Shown: positions 12,383 to 22,553, counted from the first letter of the stretch. The stretch: 64,000 bases of DNA from an uncultured Candidatus Rokubacteria bacterium (GCA_963708025.1 CAVPSB010000028.1:32001-96000), one strand, 5' to 3'. A program made the numbers and translations. The notes: generated from the letters alone by a model not told the origin.

Positions 12383-14471
12383 AGACCAGACGGCCGACGC
12401 GGGTTCCCTCGAGGAGGGCGTCGTACAGGCGACGCGGCGCCACCGCGTCGCCCACCCGGTGGACCTCGAGCCGGGGCGCCGCCGCCCGCAGCCGGTCGTA
12501 CAGCCCAGCGCGCGCCTCGCCGCCCAGGGCGAGCACGACGAGGTCGGCCTCGATCTCCCGCGTCTGGCCGGAATACACGTGCTCGACCCGGATCGTGCGA
12601 TCCGCGACCTCCAGCACGGCGGTGAGCGGGGTCATGACCACCCCCTTGGTGAAGAGCCGCCGGTACAGGGCCGGCCGGAGCGTCGGGTCGATGTCGAGCC
12701 CCACCATCGTCTCGCGCGTGACGATCTCGACCCGAGCGCCCGCGTCGAGGAGCGCCTCGGCGGCCCCGGGCCCGCGCATGTGGGCGTCGTCGTCGATCAC
12801 GACGCACCGCTGACCCGGCCGCGCCGCGACCCGGCCCAGCAGCACCGCCTCCGCCGTCACCACGTGGGGGCGATCGGCGCCGGGCCACGCCGCCGCCCGC
12901 GGGGTGGCCCCGGTGGCGACGACGACGGCGTCCGGGCGGGCCGCAAGGAGCGCATCCACCGTGGCCTCCGTCCCGAGGCGCACCTCGAGCGCGAGCCGGC
13001 CGAGCTGGCGCGCCAGCCAGGCGATCGACCGGCCGTACTCCGCGCGGTGCGGCGCCAGGGCGGCGACGCGCACCTGGCCGCCGAGCGCGTCGCCCTGCTC
13101 GAGGAGGGTGACCCGGTGGCCCCGCTCGGCGGCGAGCCGGGCCGCCTCCATCCCGGCCGGACCGCCGCCGACGACCACGATCCGCCGGCTAACCCGCGCC
13201 GGCTCGACGGCGGTCAGCTCGGCCTCGTGGCCGATGAGCGGGTTCTGGACGCAGCGGATCGCGAGCCCCTGGTAGAGGCGCCCGATGCAGCCCTCGTTGG
13301 CCCCCGTGCAGAGCCGCACGTCCTCACGCTGGCCGGCGGCGGCCTTCGCCGGCAGGTCGGGGTCGGCGATCAGGGCCCGGGTCATGCCGACGAGGTCGGC
13401 CGCTCCCCGGCGGAGCACCTCCTCCGCCATGGCGGGGTCGATCACGCGCGCCGCCACCAGCACGGGGACGTCGACGACCTCCTTGATCGACGCCGCGTAC
13501 TCGTTGAACAGGCCGAGGGGATGGTCCATCGACGGCACCGTCTTGGCCTGGAGCTCGGGCGTCTCGCCGGTGGAGCCCGAGATGCTGAGATAGTCCAGCT
13601 GGCGGAGCGCCGCCAGCCGCCCCGCGATCTCCTTCATGGCCCGGTGGTCGAGGCCGTCCTTCAGGAGCTGATCCGCGGTCATGCGGAAGCCCACGCAGAA
13701 GTCCGGCCCCACGCGGTCCCGGACGGCCTCGATCACCTCCCGCCCGAAGCGCAGCCGGTTCTCGAGCGAGCCGCCGTAGTCGTCGGTCCGGCGGTTGACG
13801 TGCGGCGACCAGAACTGCTCGATCAGGTGCCCGCCGTAGGAGGTGATCTCCACCCCGTCGTAGCCGGACCGCTTCACCCGCAGGGCGGCGGCGGCGAACG
13901 CCTCGACGAGCTCGCGGATCTCGTGGGCCTCCAGGACCTTGGGGCGCTCGCGGTGGACCGGCTCCGCCACCGCCGACGGCGCCAGCAGCGGCCGGGCGGA
14001 GGTGGCGGAGACCCCTCGCCGGCCCATGTGCGTGAGCTGGCAGAAGATCTTCGCCCCGTGGCGATGCACCGCCTCGGCCATCGCGGCCAGGTCGGGGATG
14101 ATCGAGTCGTCCCAGTTCGCGACGCCGCTCCACTCCGCCACCGACGACGACGGGTGCACCGAGCACGAGCCGAAGGTGACGATGAGCCCGACACCGCCCC
14201 GCGCCTTGCGCTCGTAGTAGTCGCGATACCGCTCCTTCGGGTAGCCGCCGACCGCGTAGCCGGTCGCGTGCGCGGTGCTGACGATCCGGTTCCGCACGAT
14301 CACCCGGTTGAGGGTGATCGGGCTGAACAGTAGGGGAAACGGCGTAGCGCTCGGACTCAGAGCGTGTGAGGGAGTCGGGGACTCCGGCTCCCCCCTCCCC
14401 CCCGCCAAAGGCCGAAGGCCGTCCATCGGTGGGGGAGGGGGGCTCGGGGGGTAGGAGGGAGGTCCCGACAA
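12381..14471 (-). CDS. NADH:flavin oxidoreductase (old yellow enzyme) with Fe-S and FAD domains
   Basis: RNRIVSTAH, NRRTDDYGGSLENRLRF, CTGANEGC...CVQNP, GGGPAGMEAA. Confidence 0.92.
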   Translation of the reverse strand: MSGPPSYPPSPPPPPMDGLRPLAGGRGEPESPTPSHALSPSATPFPLLFSPITLNRVIVRNRIVSTAHATGYAVGGYPKERYRDYYERKARGGVGLIVTFGSCSVHPSSSVAEWSGVANWDDSIIPDLAAMAEAVHRHGAKIFCQLTHMGRRGVSATSARPLLAPSAVAEPVHRERPKVLEAHEIRELVEAFAAAALRVKRSGYDGVEITSYGGHLIEQFWSPHVNRRTDDYGGSLENRLRFGREVIEAVRDRVGPDFCVGFRMTADQLLKDGLDHRAMKEIAGRLAALRQLDYLSISGSTGETPELQAKTVPSMDHPLGLFNEYAASIKEVVDVPVLVAARVIDPAMAEEVLRRGAADLVGMTRALIADPDLPAKAAAGQREDVRLCTGANEGCIGRLYQGLAIRCVQNPLIGHEAELTAVEPARVSRRIVVVGGGPAGMEAARLAAERGHRVTLLEQGDALGGQVRVAALAPHRAEYGRSIAWLARQLGRLALEVRLGTEATVDALLAARPDAVVVATGATPRAAAWPGADRPHVVTAEAVLLGRVAARPGQRCVVIDDDAHMRGPGAAEALLDAGARVEIVTRETMVGLDIDPTLRPALYRRLFTKGVVMTPLTAVLEVADRTIRVEHVYSGQTREIEADLVVLALGGEARAGLYDRLRAAAPRLEVHRVGDAVAPRRLYDALLEGTRVGRLV
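14359..14470 (+). repeat. Interspersed repeat family A, copy 2 (within the 5' end of the OYE ORF)
   Basis: AGAGCGTG...CCCCCCTCCCCC-GCCAAAGGCCGAAGGCCGTC-GGGGGAGGGGGG...GGGAGGTCCCGA, flanked by CTCAG on both sides. Confidence 0.75.
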
Positions 14472-14473
14472 TC

Positions 14474-15349
14474 TCAGATCGAGATCCGGAAGCCGGGGTC
14501 CGTGAACCGGGCCGAGCCGGACGCGTGCGGCCCGCCGCTCCGGGGCCAGACCCGGGGGAAGTAGTCGGAGTCCAGCCGATCGCCGGGATTCAGATCGTGG
14601 CCCTCGAAGAGCGGTCGCACCGGTCCCGGGCGCGCGGCGAACACGGTGTCGTCGCCGAGCCAGATGACCGAGAGCGCGCGCCGGCGGCGCTCGCGCGACA
14701 GGTTACCCGGGGCCCCGTGGACCGTGAGGCCGTGGAACACGATGCAGTCGCCCGGCTCCATGTCGAAGGTGACGATGTCGTACGCTCCCCGGTCGGCCTC
14801 GATGTCCGGCATCCGCTCGTACGGGCTGTCTGGCGGATAGAGGTCCCGGCCGGTTCGCGTCAGCTCCGGCTGGAACCAGCGCCCCCAGCGGTGCGATCCC
14901 CGGACGAGCTCGAGGCAGGCGTCCTTCGCGACCCGATCGAGGGGCGTCCAGCACACGCTCATCTGACTGCCGTCGATCGGATAGTAGGGCTGGTCCTGGT
15001 GCCAGCGGGTCCGCTTGGGGGTTCCCTGCTCCTTCACCCAGATCGCGTCGTAGAAGAAGTTGGCCCGCCGGGAGCGCATGACGCGCGCCACGAGCTCGGC
15101 GGCGGGAGAGTCGAAGAGAAACTCCCGGAACTCGGGAATCCGCTGGGCCATGCAGAAGTCGGTGAGGAAGAAGCCCGGCTCGGCGGCGGTCTGCTGCAGC
15201 GTGTGGAAGGGGCCGGGCGTCCGGATGTCCTGCTCGACCCCTTCGGCCAGGAGCTCGATCCAGCGCGGGGCGAAGACCCGGCGCAGGCAGACCACGCCGT
15301 CCCGCTCGTAGGTCTCGACGTCGCGCTCGGTCACGTCGATCGCGGACAC
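14474..15349 (-). CDS. Phytanoyl-CoA dioxygenase (PhyH) family protein
   Basis: YERDGVVCLR, WHQDQPY, GSHRW, PGDCIVFHGLTVHGA, RRALS. Confidence 0.9.
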   Translation of the reverse strand: MSAIDVTERDVETYERDGVVCLRRVFAPRWIELLAEGVEQDIRTPGPFHTLQQTAAEPGFFLTDFCMAQRIPEFREFLFDSPAAELVARVMRSRRANFFYDAIWVKEQGTPKRTRWHQDQPYYPIDGSQMSVCWTPLDRVAKDACLELVRGSHRWGRWFQPELTRTGRDLYPPDSPYERMPDIEADRGAYDIVTFDMEPGDCIVFHGLTVHGAPGNLSRERRRRALSVIWLGDDTVFAARPGPVRPLFEGHDLNPGDRLDSDYFPRVWPRSGGPHASGSARFTDPGFRISI

Positions 15350-15358
15350 CTCCGCCTC

Positions 15359-15976
15359 CTACCCCGGATCGGGCGACGCGCCGACGACCAGCTTGAGCGG
15401 CGTGATCCGACCCGCGTTGATCGGGCTCAAGTCCATCGGACAGGACGACACGGCGGCGACCACGTCCGTGAAGGCCCGCAGCACGATCCGGTCCCCGGCC
15501 TTCGAGGGCGCCGGGTGGAACTCGAACTCCCCGTCGGGACGCGGCGGGGTGCGCATGAAGACGTTGATGGGATCGGGAATCTGCCACTCCTCGATCCCGT
15601 ACGGGGCGAGCGCCTCCAGCAGGTTCATCCGGCAGCTCCGATGGTCCGCCAGCCCGAAGCGCTGCCGGTAGAGGGCCGGGCTGCAGGCGCAGAAGAAGAG
15701 GTCGTGGACGCCGACGTCGTCCCGCGTGATCTCGAAGACGGGCTCCCGGTTGTTGTCCACCAGCCGGTCCCCCACCCTCAGGGTCCAGCGGCGGAGCGTC
15801 GAGCGCGTCTGGTGGGGCGAGAGGAACCTCCGGGGATCGTCCCGCTGGATGGCCACGAAGTCGGCGACCTGGGCGCCCTCCAGGTCGATGATCGACAGGT
15901 ACTCGCCGGCGCGGACCTCGATCGCCCCGCCGCGGGCGGCCGGCACGACGACCTCCCGGGGCGCCCGTTCAACCAC
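15359..15976 (-). CDS. DUF1989 / urea carboxylase-associated family protein
   Basis: IIDLEGAQVADF, HDLFFCAC, SCRMNL, PINVFM, SSCPMD. Confidence 0.88.
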   Translation of the reverse strand: MVERAPREVVVPAARGGAIEVRAGEYLSIIDLEGAQVADFVAIQRDDPRRFLSPHQTRSTLRRWTLRVGDRLVDNNREPVFEITRDDVGVHDLFFCACSPALYRQRFGLADHRSCRMNLLEALAPYGIEEWQIPDPINVFMRTPPRPDGEFEFHPAPSKAGDRIVLRAFTDVVAAVSSCPMDLSPINAGRITPLKLVVGASPDPG

Positions 15977-16052
15977 GGGGGTGACCTCCCATTCCGGAAA
16001 CGACTCTAGCGCGCCGCCCCCGGAGACTTCAACCCTCCCGCGGGGCCGCTCC

Positions 16053-17873
16053 TCACTCGACCGGCAGCAGGTCCGCCCCGGCCCACTCCGAGTAGATGAT
16101 GAACTTGAACGGGTTGAGCTGCTGGTGCCGGGCCCGGAGGCCGTCCAGGGCCCTGGTCCGGAGCTCGCTCAGGGCCGGGCTCGACGGGTACGTCAGTCGG
16201 CCGAGCTCGGCGAGCCTGAGGGCGAGCGCGTGGTCACCCTGCGCAAGGAGAGCCCGAGCGCTCCGGACGAAGGCCTCTTCTCGGTGCCCGGCCAGGAGGT
16301 CGAGTGCCCCCGCCCACTCGGCCGGGGCCACCGTCTCGATCCCCTCCCCGTCCGGCTTCCAGTAGCCGGTCCGCTGGTGGTACAGGCGCTTGACGAAGTT
16401 GTCCCGCACGACGAGGTACGGGAACACCGCCTCCGGATGCTCGCGCAGCGTCGCCGGCAGGACGTTCTGGTGGAGAAGCTCGACGAGCGTGCGACTCCGC
16501 CCGATACCCTCGAGCGTGCGCGCGTAGAGCTCACGCAGGGCTGCCTCGAAGCCAGGGAGGGCTTCGATGGTAAAGAGCTCGGTGAGCGGCGGGTGGCCGT
16601 GGAGGAGCACGCGCGGGCGGAGCGAGCGGATGAGGGCGATGGTCTCGAACAGCCCCTCGGGCGACCCCTCCGGCAGAAACGGTGCGCCGGTGTACGGCAT
16701 GAACGCATCGCCCACGAATAGCACCCCTCGCTCCGGCAGGTGGATCAGCAATGCATCGTCGGTCTCACCGCCGCGAGCCGGGTAGAGCACCAGCTCGGTC
16801 CCGCTCACGGTCAGCGTCTCGCGGCTCGCCACCAGTCGGTCGGGGACCACGTGGTACTGGCGGGGGCCGTCGCCGCCGAAGAAGTAGCGAAACGGGACGC
16901 CGGTCGCGTTCACGATCCGCAGCTCGTCGGCGAACCGCGCCTGGGCGATGACCTGGGTGCCCGGCGCCCGGAGCGCCTCCAGGCCGCCGATGTGATCCCA
17001 GTGGGCGTGGGTGAGGATGGCGTGGCTGATGGGCAGCGCGGTGACCCCGCGGAGCGCCGCCAGCGCGGCCCGGGCGTTGGCCTCGGTCGTGCCGGCGTCG
17101 ATGGCGACCACGCTCTCCCGCGTCACGATGAACCCGATGTCGGCGAAGTCGTAGCCCTGGGCGACGTGGACGCCCGGCGCCGGCTCCACGAGCCGTGGCG
17201 GGCGGAAGCGGAAGCCCTCCTTCGCGGTCACCCAGTAGTCGGTGACGAACACCGGCAGGCCCGGGTCCAGCGACGGGTACCCGGAGCGCTCGAGGGCTGA
17301 CCGCGCCTCGGCCTCGCGGCCGAGCGTCGTGTAGATGCGGGCCAGGCCGCGGTAGACGGGGCGGCGCAGGCCCACCGGGAACCGCTCCCTGTTCTGGAGA
17401 ACCCAGTCGAGGTCGGCCAGGGCCGCCTCCGCCTTTCCAAACCGCGCGGGCAGCTCGGCCAGGACGAGGCCCCGGAAGTACCGCGGCAGGCCCGGCTCCC
17501 GCGCGACGGCGCGATCCAGCTTGGCGACCGCATCGTTGACCCACGCCACGCGCCGGAAGAGCGAGACGTCGCCGGCCTGCCGGGCCTGGAAGAACCCCTC
17601 GAGGGCGAGGAAGAGCGACCGGTCCGGCTGACTCCGCGCCTGCTCCTGGAAGTACTCGTACCCTTCGTGGTCGCGCCGACTCGCGAGGAACCGGCCGGCG
17701 AGCCCGAGGATCGTCGGCACCGTCGCGTTCGGCCAGCGGACCGCCTCCTCGAGCGCTTCGAGCTCCAGATCACGCATGAGAGGTGCTCCGGCCAGGCCGG
17801 GGTCAACCGGTCCGAGGAAAAGCACGGGCGCCAGCGCGAGCCCGAGCGTCCATCGTCGTCGTGCGGTGGTCAT
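16053..17873 (-). CDS. Secreted metallo-beta-lactamase fold hydrolase with N-terminal TPR-like helices
   Basis: Signal peptide, THAHWDHIGG, GGETDD, LFVGD, LLHGH. Confidence 0.85.
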   Translation of the reverse strand: MTTARRRWTLGLALAPVLFLGPVDPGLAGAPLMRDLELEALEEAVRWPNATVPTILGLAGRFLASRRDHEGYEYFQEQARSQPDRSLFLALEGFFQARQAGDVSLFRRVAWVNDAVAKLDRAVAREPGLPRYFRGLVLAELPARFGKAEAALADLDWVLQNRERFPVGLRRPVYRGLARIYTTLGREAEARSALERSGYPSLDPGLPVFVTDYWVTAKEGFRFRPPRLVEPAPGVHVAQGYDFADIGFIVTRESVVAIDAGTTEANARAALAALRGVTALPISHAILTHAHWDHIGGLEALRAPGTQVIAQARFADELRIVNATGVPFRYFFGGDGPRQYHVVPDRLVASRETLTVSGTELVLYPARGGETDDALLIHLPERGVLFVGDAFMPYTGAPFLPEGSPEGLFETIALIRSLRPRVLLHGHPPLTELFTIEALPGFEAALRELYARTLEGIGRSRTLVELLHQNVLPATLREHPEAVFPYLVVRDNFVKRLYHQRTGYWKPDGEGIETVAPAEWAGALDLLAGHREEAFVRSARALLAQGDHALALRLAELGRLTYPSSPALSELRTRALDGLRARHQQLNPFKFIIYSEWAGADLLPVE

Positions 17874-17959
17874 CGTCGCCTCCTGCTCGTCGGCCGATCC
17901 CGAGCCTGGACATACGGTCGCCAGGCTCGGTCGCTTTCTTCTCCGATCGGCCTTCTCTT

Positions 17960-17973
17960 GATGTGTACGCATC
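17960..17973. promoter_or_regulatory. Putative MarR operator upstream of the MBL gene
   Basis: Imperfect palindrome GATGTGTACGCATC, 13/14 identical to 18529-18542. Confidence 0.65.
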
Positions 17974-18015
17974 ATCATCGACGCACGTGGCGGCCGAGGG
18001 ATTCCGTCACGGGCT

Positions 18016-18522
18016 TTAGCTCGAGGCCGCGCGGTGGCGGCGGACGCTCGGGGTGGAGCGTCCGGCGCCCGGCTCGATGGCTTGAATGGTGGGGACGATC
18101 TTCCCGAGCGCCCGGGCCAGGGCGGCCCAGGCGTTGCTGCCGAGGGCGCGCACCAGCCGCGCCTGCACCCGCTCCCAGATGGGGAGCGCCTGCTCCAGCA
18201 GCTCCTGACCCTTCGGGGTCAACGACGCCGTCCGTTCGCGCCGGGTCCGGCCAGGCAGGACCCGCAGGCAGCCGCGCCGCTCCAGCGGCTTCACCGCCCG
18301 ATAGAGGGAGGTGCGGTCGAGCACGAGCGCCTGGGCGAGGCGGCTCAGGGGAACCGGGCCGCGGAGGTGGACGGCGATGAGGATCGTGAACTGGGTCGCG
18401 GTGAGCTTCAGCGGGGCGAAGGCCGCCTCGTACAGCCGCGAGGTGGCCCGCGATGCGCGGCGGAGGCTCCCGCAGGCGCACATGTCCGCGGCCAGCTCGC
18501 AGACCCGGGACAGCTCACTCAT
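18016..18522 (-). CDS. MarR family transcriptional regulator
   Basis: CACGSLRRASR, QFTIL, LDRTSLYRAVKPLERRG, LTPKG. Confidence 0.92.
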   Translation of the reverse strand: MSELSRVCELAADMCACGSLRRASRATSRLYEAAFAPLKLTATQFTILIAVHLRGPVPLSRLAQALVLDRTSLYRAVKPLERRGCLRVLPGRTRRERTASLTPKGQELLEQALPIWERVQARLVRALGSNAWAALARALGKIVPTIQAIEPGAGRSTPSVRRHRAASS

Positions 18523-18528
18523 GCTTAA

Positions 18529-18559
18529 GATGTATACGCATCGTTCTCGTGGCTGTCAA
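18529..18559 (-). promoter_or_regulatory. marR promoter with overlapping operator
   Basis: Minus strand TTGACA-N17-TATACA; palindrome GATGTATACGCATC 18529-18542 covers the -10 region. Confidence 0.65.
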
Positions 18560-18573
18560 GCGCGATCGGGCGG

Positions 18574-19521
18574 TCACGCCTCGGGATGCGTGGTGATGAA
18601 GCGCGCCGCCCGGGCGGGGTCCACCCGGGGGGCGCGGACCTCCACGCCCGCCGCCTCCTCCTGGAGCCGGAAGACCACGTTGTTGTCCTGGTCGGCCCAG
18701 CCGCGGTTGACGGCCTGGATGGCGATCTGCTCGGCCAGGTTGGTCAGCGGCATGGGGACCTGGTACTCGCGCGCCAGCTCGGTGGCCAGGCCGATGTCCT
18801 TGCGGGCCAGGGCCAGGCTGAACGTCGCCGGGTACTCCCCGCGGAAGACCGTGCGGGGCAGCGCCTCGTGGAGATAGCTCATGCGGCCGAGGGCGCCGCG
18901 GCGGACGCACTCCCACAGGGCCTCGGCCTCGACGCCGGCCTTGACTCCCAGGGTGAGGCCCTCGGCGACGGCCTGGCGGACGCTGTGGCCGATCATGTTG
19001 TGGACGAGCTTGGCCACGCACCCGGCGCCGATCGCCCCCGCGTAGAAGACCTTGTCGCCGAAGGCGTCGAGGACGGGCCTGACGCGCTCGAAGACGGCGC
19101 GCTCTCCCCCGACCATGACGGCGAGGTTGCGGCTCTCGGCGCCGGTCTTGCCGCCGCTCACGGGAGCGTCCAGGACGTGCGCGCCCTTCGCGCGGAAGCG
19201 CGGCTCGAGCGACCGGATCAGCGTGGGCCGGCTGGTAGAAGTGTCGATCCAGACGCCGCCGGGGGCGATGCCCTCCAGGAGACCGCCGGCGCCGGTGGCG
19301 ACGGCCTCCACCTCGGGCGGACCGGGCAGCGACGTGATGGTCACGTCCGACTGGCGCGCCACCTCGGCGGGCGACGACCCGACCCGGGCGCCGCCCTCGG
19401 CCAGGCGGCGGGCGGCATCGGCCCGCACGTCGTGGACGACGAGGGCGTAGCCGGCCTTCCGGATGTTGCTCGCCATCGCCGCCCCCATGTTGCCGAGCCC
19501 GATGAACCCGACCGTCTTCAT
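18574..19521 (-). CDS. NAD(P)-dependent beta-hydroxyacid dehydrogenase (3-hydroxyisobutyrate dehydrogenase family)
   Basis: GFIGLGNMG, DAPVSGG, GAG..AKLVHN, KDIGLA. Confidence 0.92.
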   Translation of the reverse strand: MKTVGFIGLGNMGAAMASNIRKAGYALVVHDVRADAARRLAEGGARVGSSPAEVARQSDVTITSLPGPPEVEAVATGAGGLLEGIAPGGVWIDTSTSRPTLIRSLEPRFRAKGAHVLDAPVSGGKTGAESRNLAVMVGGERAVFERVRPVLDAFGDKVFYAGAIGAGCVAKLVHNMIGHSVRQAVAEGLTLGVKAGVEAEALWECVRRGALGRMSYLHEALPRTVFRGEYPATFSLALARKDIGLATELAREYQVPMPLTNLAEQIAIQAVNRGWADQDNNVVFRLQEEAAGVEVRAPRVDPARAARFITTHPEA

Positions 19522-19741
19522 GATTCCCTCCGGGAGAATGGGTATCCGCGCGTGAGCCAACCCCGCGCGAGTATACGCCGTCCCCTGGAGCGTCCGACAC
19601 TGTCGACGGCAGGGCCCGTACTCTCCGGGTCACCCTTCCGCGTCGCTCGTATCGGGACACCATCCCCATCCGAGGCGACACGCCTGTCCGGAACTATGGT
19701 ATACGGGCCCTGACCCCGGTCTTTCCCAGGAGGAGGCGCGG

Positions 19742-20332
19742 ATGAGCCAGCAGGTGACGGTGCCGGCCCGGCAGGGCGCGGCGGTGCGGGTCCGGGCCGG
19801 CCAGAGCTTTCGCGTCATCGACGTCGAGGGTCGCCAGTGCGCGGACCTGTTCGCCTTCTGCGCCGACGACGTCACCGAGTACGCCAGCGCCGAGCACACG
19901 CGCCCCCACGTGAACCGGCTCTTCCCGCAGGTCGGGGAGCACTTCGTGACCAACCGACGGCGCCCGATCCTCTTCTTCGCGGCCGACCACTCACCCGGGG
20001 TCCACGACATGCTGGTCGCCGCCTGTGATCCCAGCCGCTACGTCGCGCTCGGCGTCGAGGGCTGGCACGCCTCCTGTCAGGAGAACCTGCTCGCGGTCAT
20101 GCGCCGGCTCGGGTTCGACCGGGTCGAGGTGCCGCAGCCGATCAACCTGTTCACCAACATCCCCCTGGTCAACGGGAGGCTCGACTGGCGGCCGGCCCTG
20201 ACCCGACCCGGGGACTCGGTGACGCTGCGCGCCGAGCTCGACTGCCACGTCGTCGTCTCGTCCTGTCCGAACGACGTCCTGGCCATCAACGACAAGCACA
20301 TCACGCCGCTGGCGATCGAGCTCGTCGACTGA
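19742..20332 (+). CDS. DUF1989 / urea carboxylase-associated family protein
   Basis: VIDVEGRQCADL, HDMLVAAC, SCQENL, SSCPND. Confidence 0.88.
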   Translation: MSQQVTVPARQGAAVRVRAGQSFRVIDVEGRQCADLFAFCADDVTEYASAEHTRPHVNRLFPQVGEHFVTNRRRPILFFAADHSPGVHDMLVAACDPSRYVALGVEGWHASCQENLLAVMRRLGFDRVEVPQPINLFTNIPLVNGRLDWRPALTRPGDSVTLRAELDCHVVVSSCPNDVLAINDKHITPLAIELVD

Positions 20333-20394
20333 GTGCTACTTCCACCGGAAGGACCACGCGGCCAGCCCGGCCGGGGGTGCCCGGGAGGAGTGAG

Positions 20395-21537
20395 ATGCGC
20401 TACACGAGGATCTCCGCCGACTCCCACATCGATCTGCCCTGGCTCCCGCCCGACCTCTTCACGTCGAACGCCTCGGCGGCACTGAAGGACCGCATGCCCT
20501 ACGTCACCGAGGGGCCCGACGGTCCGCACTGGACCGCCCGGAACGGCCGGTCGTTCGGCCTCGTGTGCGGCGTGGGGCCGTCGGGCCAGAAGCAGGTGCC
20601 GGGCGCCAACTACCGGGTCAACGTCATGGCGTCCACCGGACTCTACGACGACGGCCGGAAGGGCATCCGCCGGGTCACCGATCCGGCGCTACGGGTTCGC
20701 GACATGGACCGTGACGGCGTCCAGGCCGAGGTCATCTTCGGGATCCTCGGCGCGGCGACGCGGCTGGGCGATCACGAGGCCGCCACCGAGATGTTCCGGA
20801 TCTACAACGACTGGCTCGCGGACTTCTGCCGCCACGCCCCCGACCGCTACATCGGCCTCGCCTGCCTGCCCTACGGGGACATCGACGCCGCCGTCCGGGA
20901 GATCCACCGCGTGGCCAAGCTCGGGCTGCGAGGCGTGGAGCTGTCCTGCTCCTGGGACATGGAGCCGATGTGGCACCCGGTGTGGGAGCCGCTCTGGAAG
21001 GCCGTGGACGAGGTCAACCGGCCGCTCCACTTCCACACCTTCCCGACCCTGCCGCCCGACAAGGTCACCCAGCAGACGGGACTCACGCGTCGGGCCGCGT
21101 TCTTCACCGTCGTCTCCGGCTTCCAGCTCAACCTCGCCAACATCATCGCCGCCGTCATCGGCGCCGGCGTGCTGGAGCGCTATCCCCGGATCCGGATCTC
21201 CTTCGGCGAGAGCGGCATCGGCTGGCTGCCCTACGTGCTCGACCGCATGGACTTCGAGTGGGAGGACCGCTTCCGCGATCTCGGCTTGACGATGAAGCCG
21301 AGCGACTACTGGCGCCGCCAGTGCAAGGCCACCTTCCAGTTCGACCGCATCGGCGCCAAGCTGATCGACGACATCGGCGTCGAGACGCTCATGTGGGGCT
21401 CGGACTATCCGCACCCCGACGGCGTCTGGCCCGAGTCGTCGAAGTACATCGACGAGCAGTTCGCCCACCTGCCGCCCGAGATCGCCCGGCAGATCACCTG
21501 CGAGAACGCCGCCCGGTTCTACGGCCTGATCGGCTAG
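20395..21537 (+). CDS. Amidohydrolase_2 family protein
   Basis: ISADSH, YNDWLADFC, HFH, ESGIGWLP, WGSDYPH. Confidence 0.9.
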   Translation: MRYTRISADSHIDLPWLPPDLFTSNASAALKDRMPYVTEGPDGPHWTARNGRSFGLVCGVGPSGQKQVPGANYRVNVMASTGLYDDGRKGIRRVTDPALRVRDMDRDGVQAEVIFGILGAATRLGDHEAATEMFRIYNDWLADFCRHAPDRYIGLACLPYGDIDAAVREIHRVAKLGLRGVELSCSWDMEPMWHPVWEPLWKAVDEVNRPLHFHTFPTLPPDKVTQQTGLTRRAAFFTVVSGFQLNLANIIAAVIGAGVLERYPRIRISFGESGIGWLPYVLDRMDFEWEDRFRDLGLTMKPSDYWRRQCKATFQFDRIGAKLIDDIGVETLMWGSDYPHPDGVWPESSKYIDEQFAHLPPEIARQITCENAARFYGLIG

Positions 21538-21746
21538 CCAGACCTCCGCGGGGTTGCTCGCGCCCTCTTCGGGGCCGGCGCCCTCGGGACAGCCCGGTGG
21601 CGATTGCGCCATCCCCATCGACCTGCTAGATTGTGACCGGTCACACCCCACGACATCCGGCGTGTGCCGAGGAGACCGAACCAGACCCAAGCGATGCGCG
21701 CGGGATGGCGTCCAGTCCTCAACCGCTCTCCGAGGGAGGAACCAGC

Positions 21747-22553
21747 ATGTTCAGAAGGCGCTCGAGCGTGCCCCTCCTCGCCCTGTCGGCGCTGCTCGCC
21801 ATCATCGTTCACGCGCCACTAGGCGCCAGCGCGCAGACCGTCAACGAGATCATCAAGCGCGGCAAGGTGATCGTCGGCGTCAACACCACGACGCCCATCT
21901 TCGGACTCGCCGGCAAGGATGGCCAGCCAGAGGGATACGATCCCGACGTGGCGCGCCTGGTCGGCAAGTATCTCGGGGTGCCGGTCGAGTTCGTCCCGGT
22001 GACCGGAGCGAATCGCCTTCCCTATCTGCTGACCAACCGCGTGGACATGGTGATCGCGCTGTTCGGCATCACGCCGGAGCGGGCCCAGCAGATCTGGTTC
22101 TCGATCCCCTACGCCAGCGAGGCGGCCGTCCTGGTGGCGCCGGGGCGCCGGGCGATCAAGACCGTCGACGATCTCGCGGGCCTGCGGGTGGGAGTGCCGA
22201 AGGGCGCCATGCAGGATCTCATCCTGACGCCGCAGGCCGGGGCCAAGAACATCAACCTGATGCGGTTCGACGACGAGGCGACCGGCCTCCAGGCGTTGAT
22301 CTCCGGCCAGATCGACGTCGTCGGCACCGGTCTCCTGGTGAATCGCACGCTGAACCGCAACGATCCCGGGAAGAACTACGAGGTCAAGATCGTGCTGCGC
22401 GAGCTGCACTTCGGGATCGGCGTTCGGCGCGGCCAGGTCGAGCTGCTGCAGTGGCTCAACACCTTCATCTACACCATCAAGAACAACGGGGAGCTCGAGG
22501 CCATCAGCAAGAAGTGGCGCGAGCTGCCCCTGGGGACCCTCCCCGTCTTCTGA
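21747..22553 (+). CDS. Polar amino acid ABC transporter substrate-binding protein
   Basis: Signal peptide, GYDPDVA, NRLPYL, ITPERA. Confidence 0.9.
   Translation: MFRRRSSVPLLALSALLAIIVHAPLGASAQTVNEIIKRGKVIVGVNTTTPIFGLAGKDGQPEGYDPDVARLVGKYLGVPVEFVPVTGANRLPYLLTNRVDMVIALFGITPERAQQIWFSIPYASEAAVLVAPGRRAIKTVDDLAGLRVGVPKGAMQDLILTPQAGAKNINLMRFDDEATGLQALISGQIDVVGTGLLVNRTLNRNDPGKNYEVKIVLRELHFGIGVRRGQVELLQWLNTFIYTIKNNGELEAISKKWRELPLGTLPVF

Noticed and set aside
15359-20332. Two DUF1989 genes as a CgdAB guanidine pathway
   Set aside because: Not adjacent, no urea/guanidine carboxylase in the window, and no guanidine riboswitch recognised.
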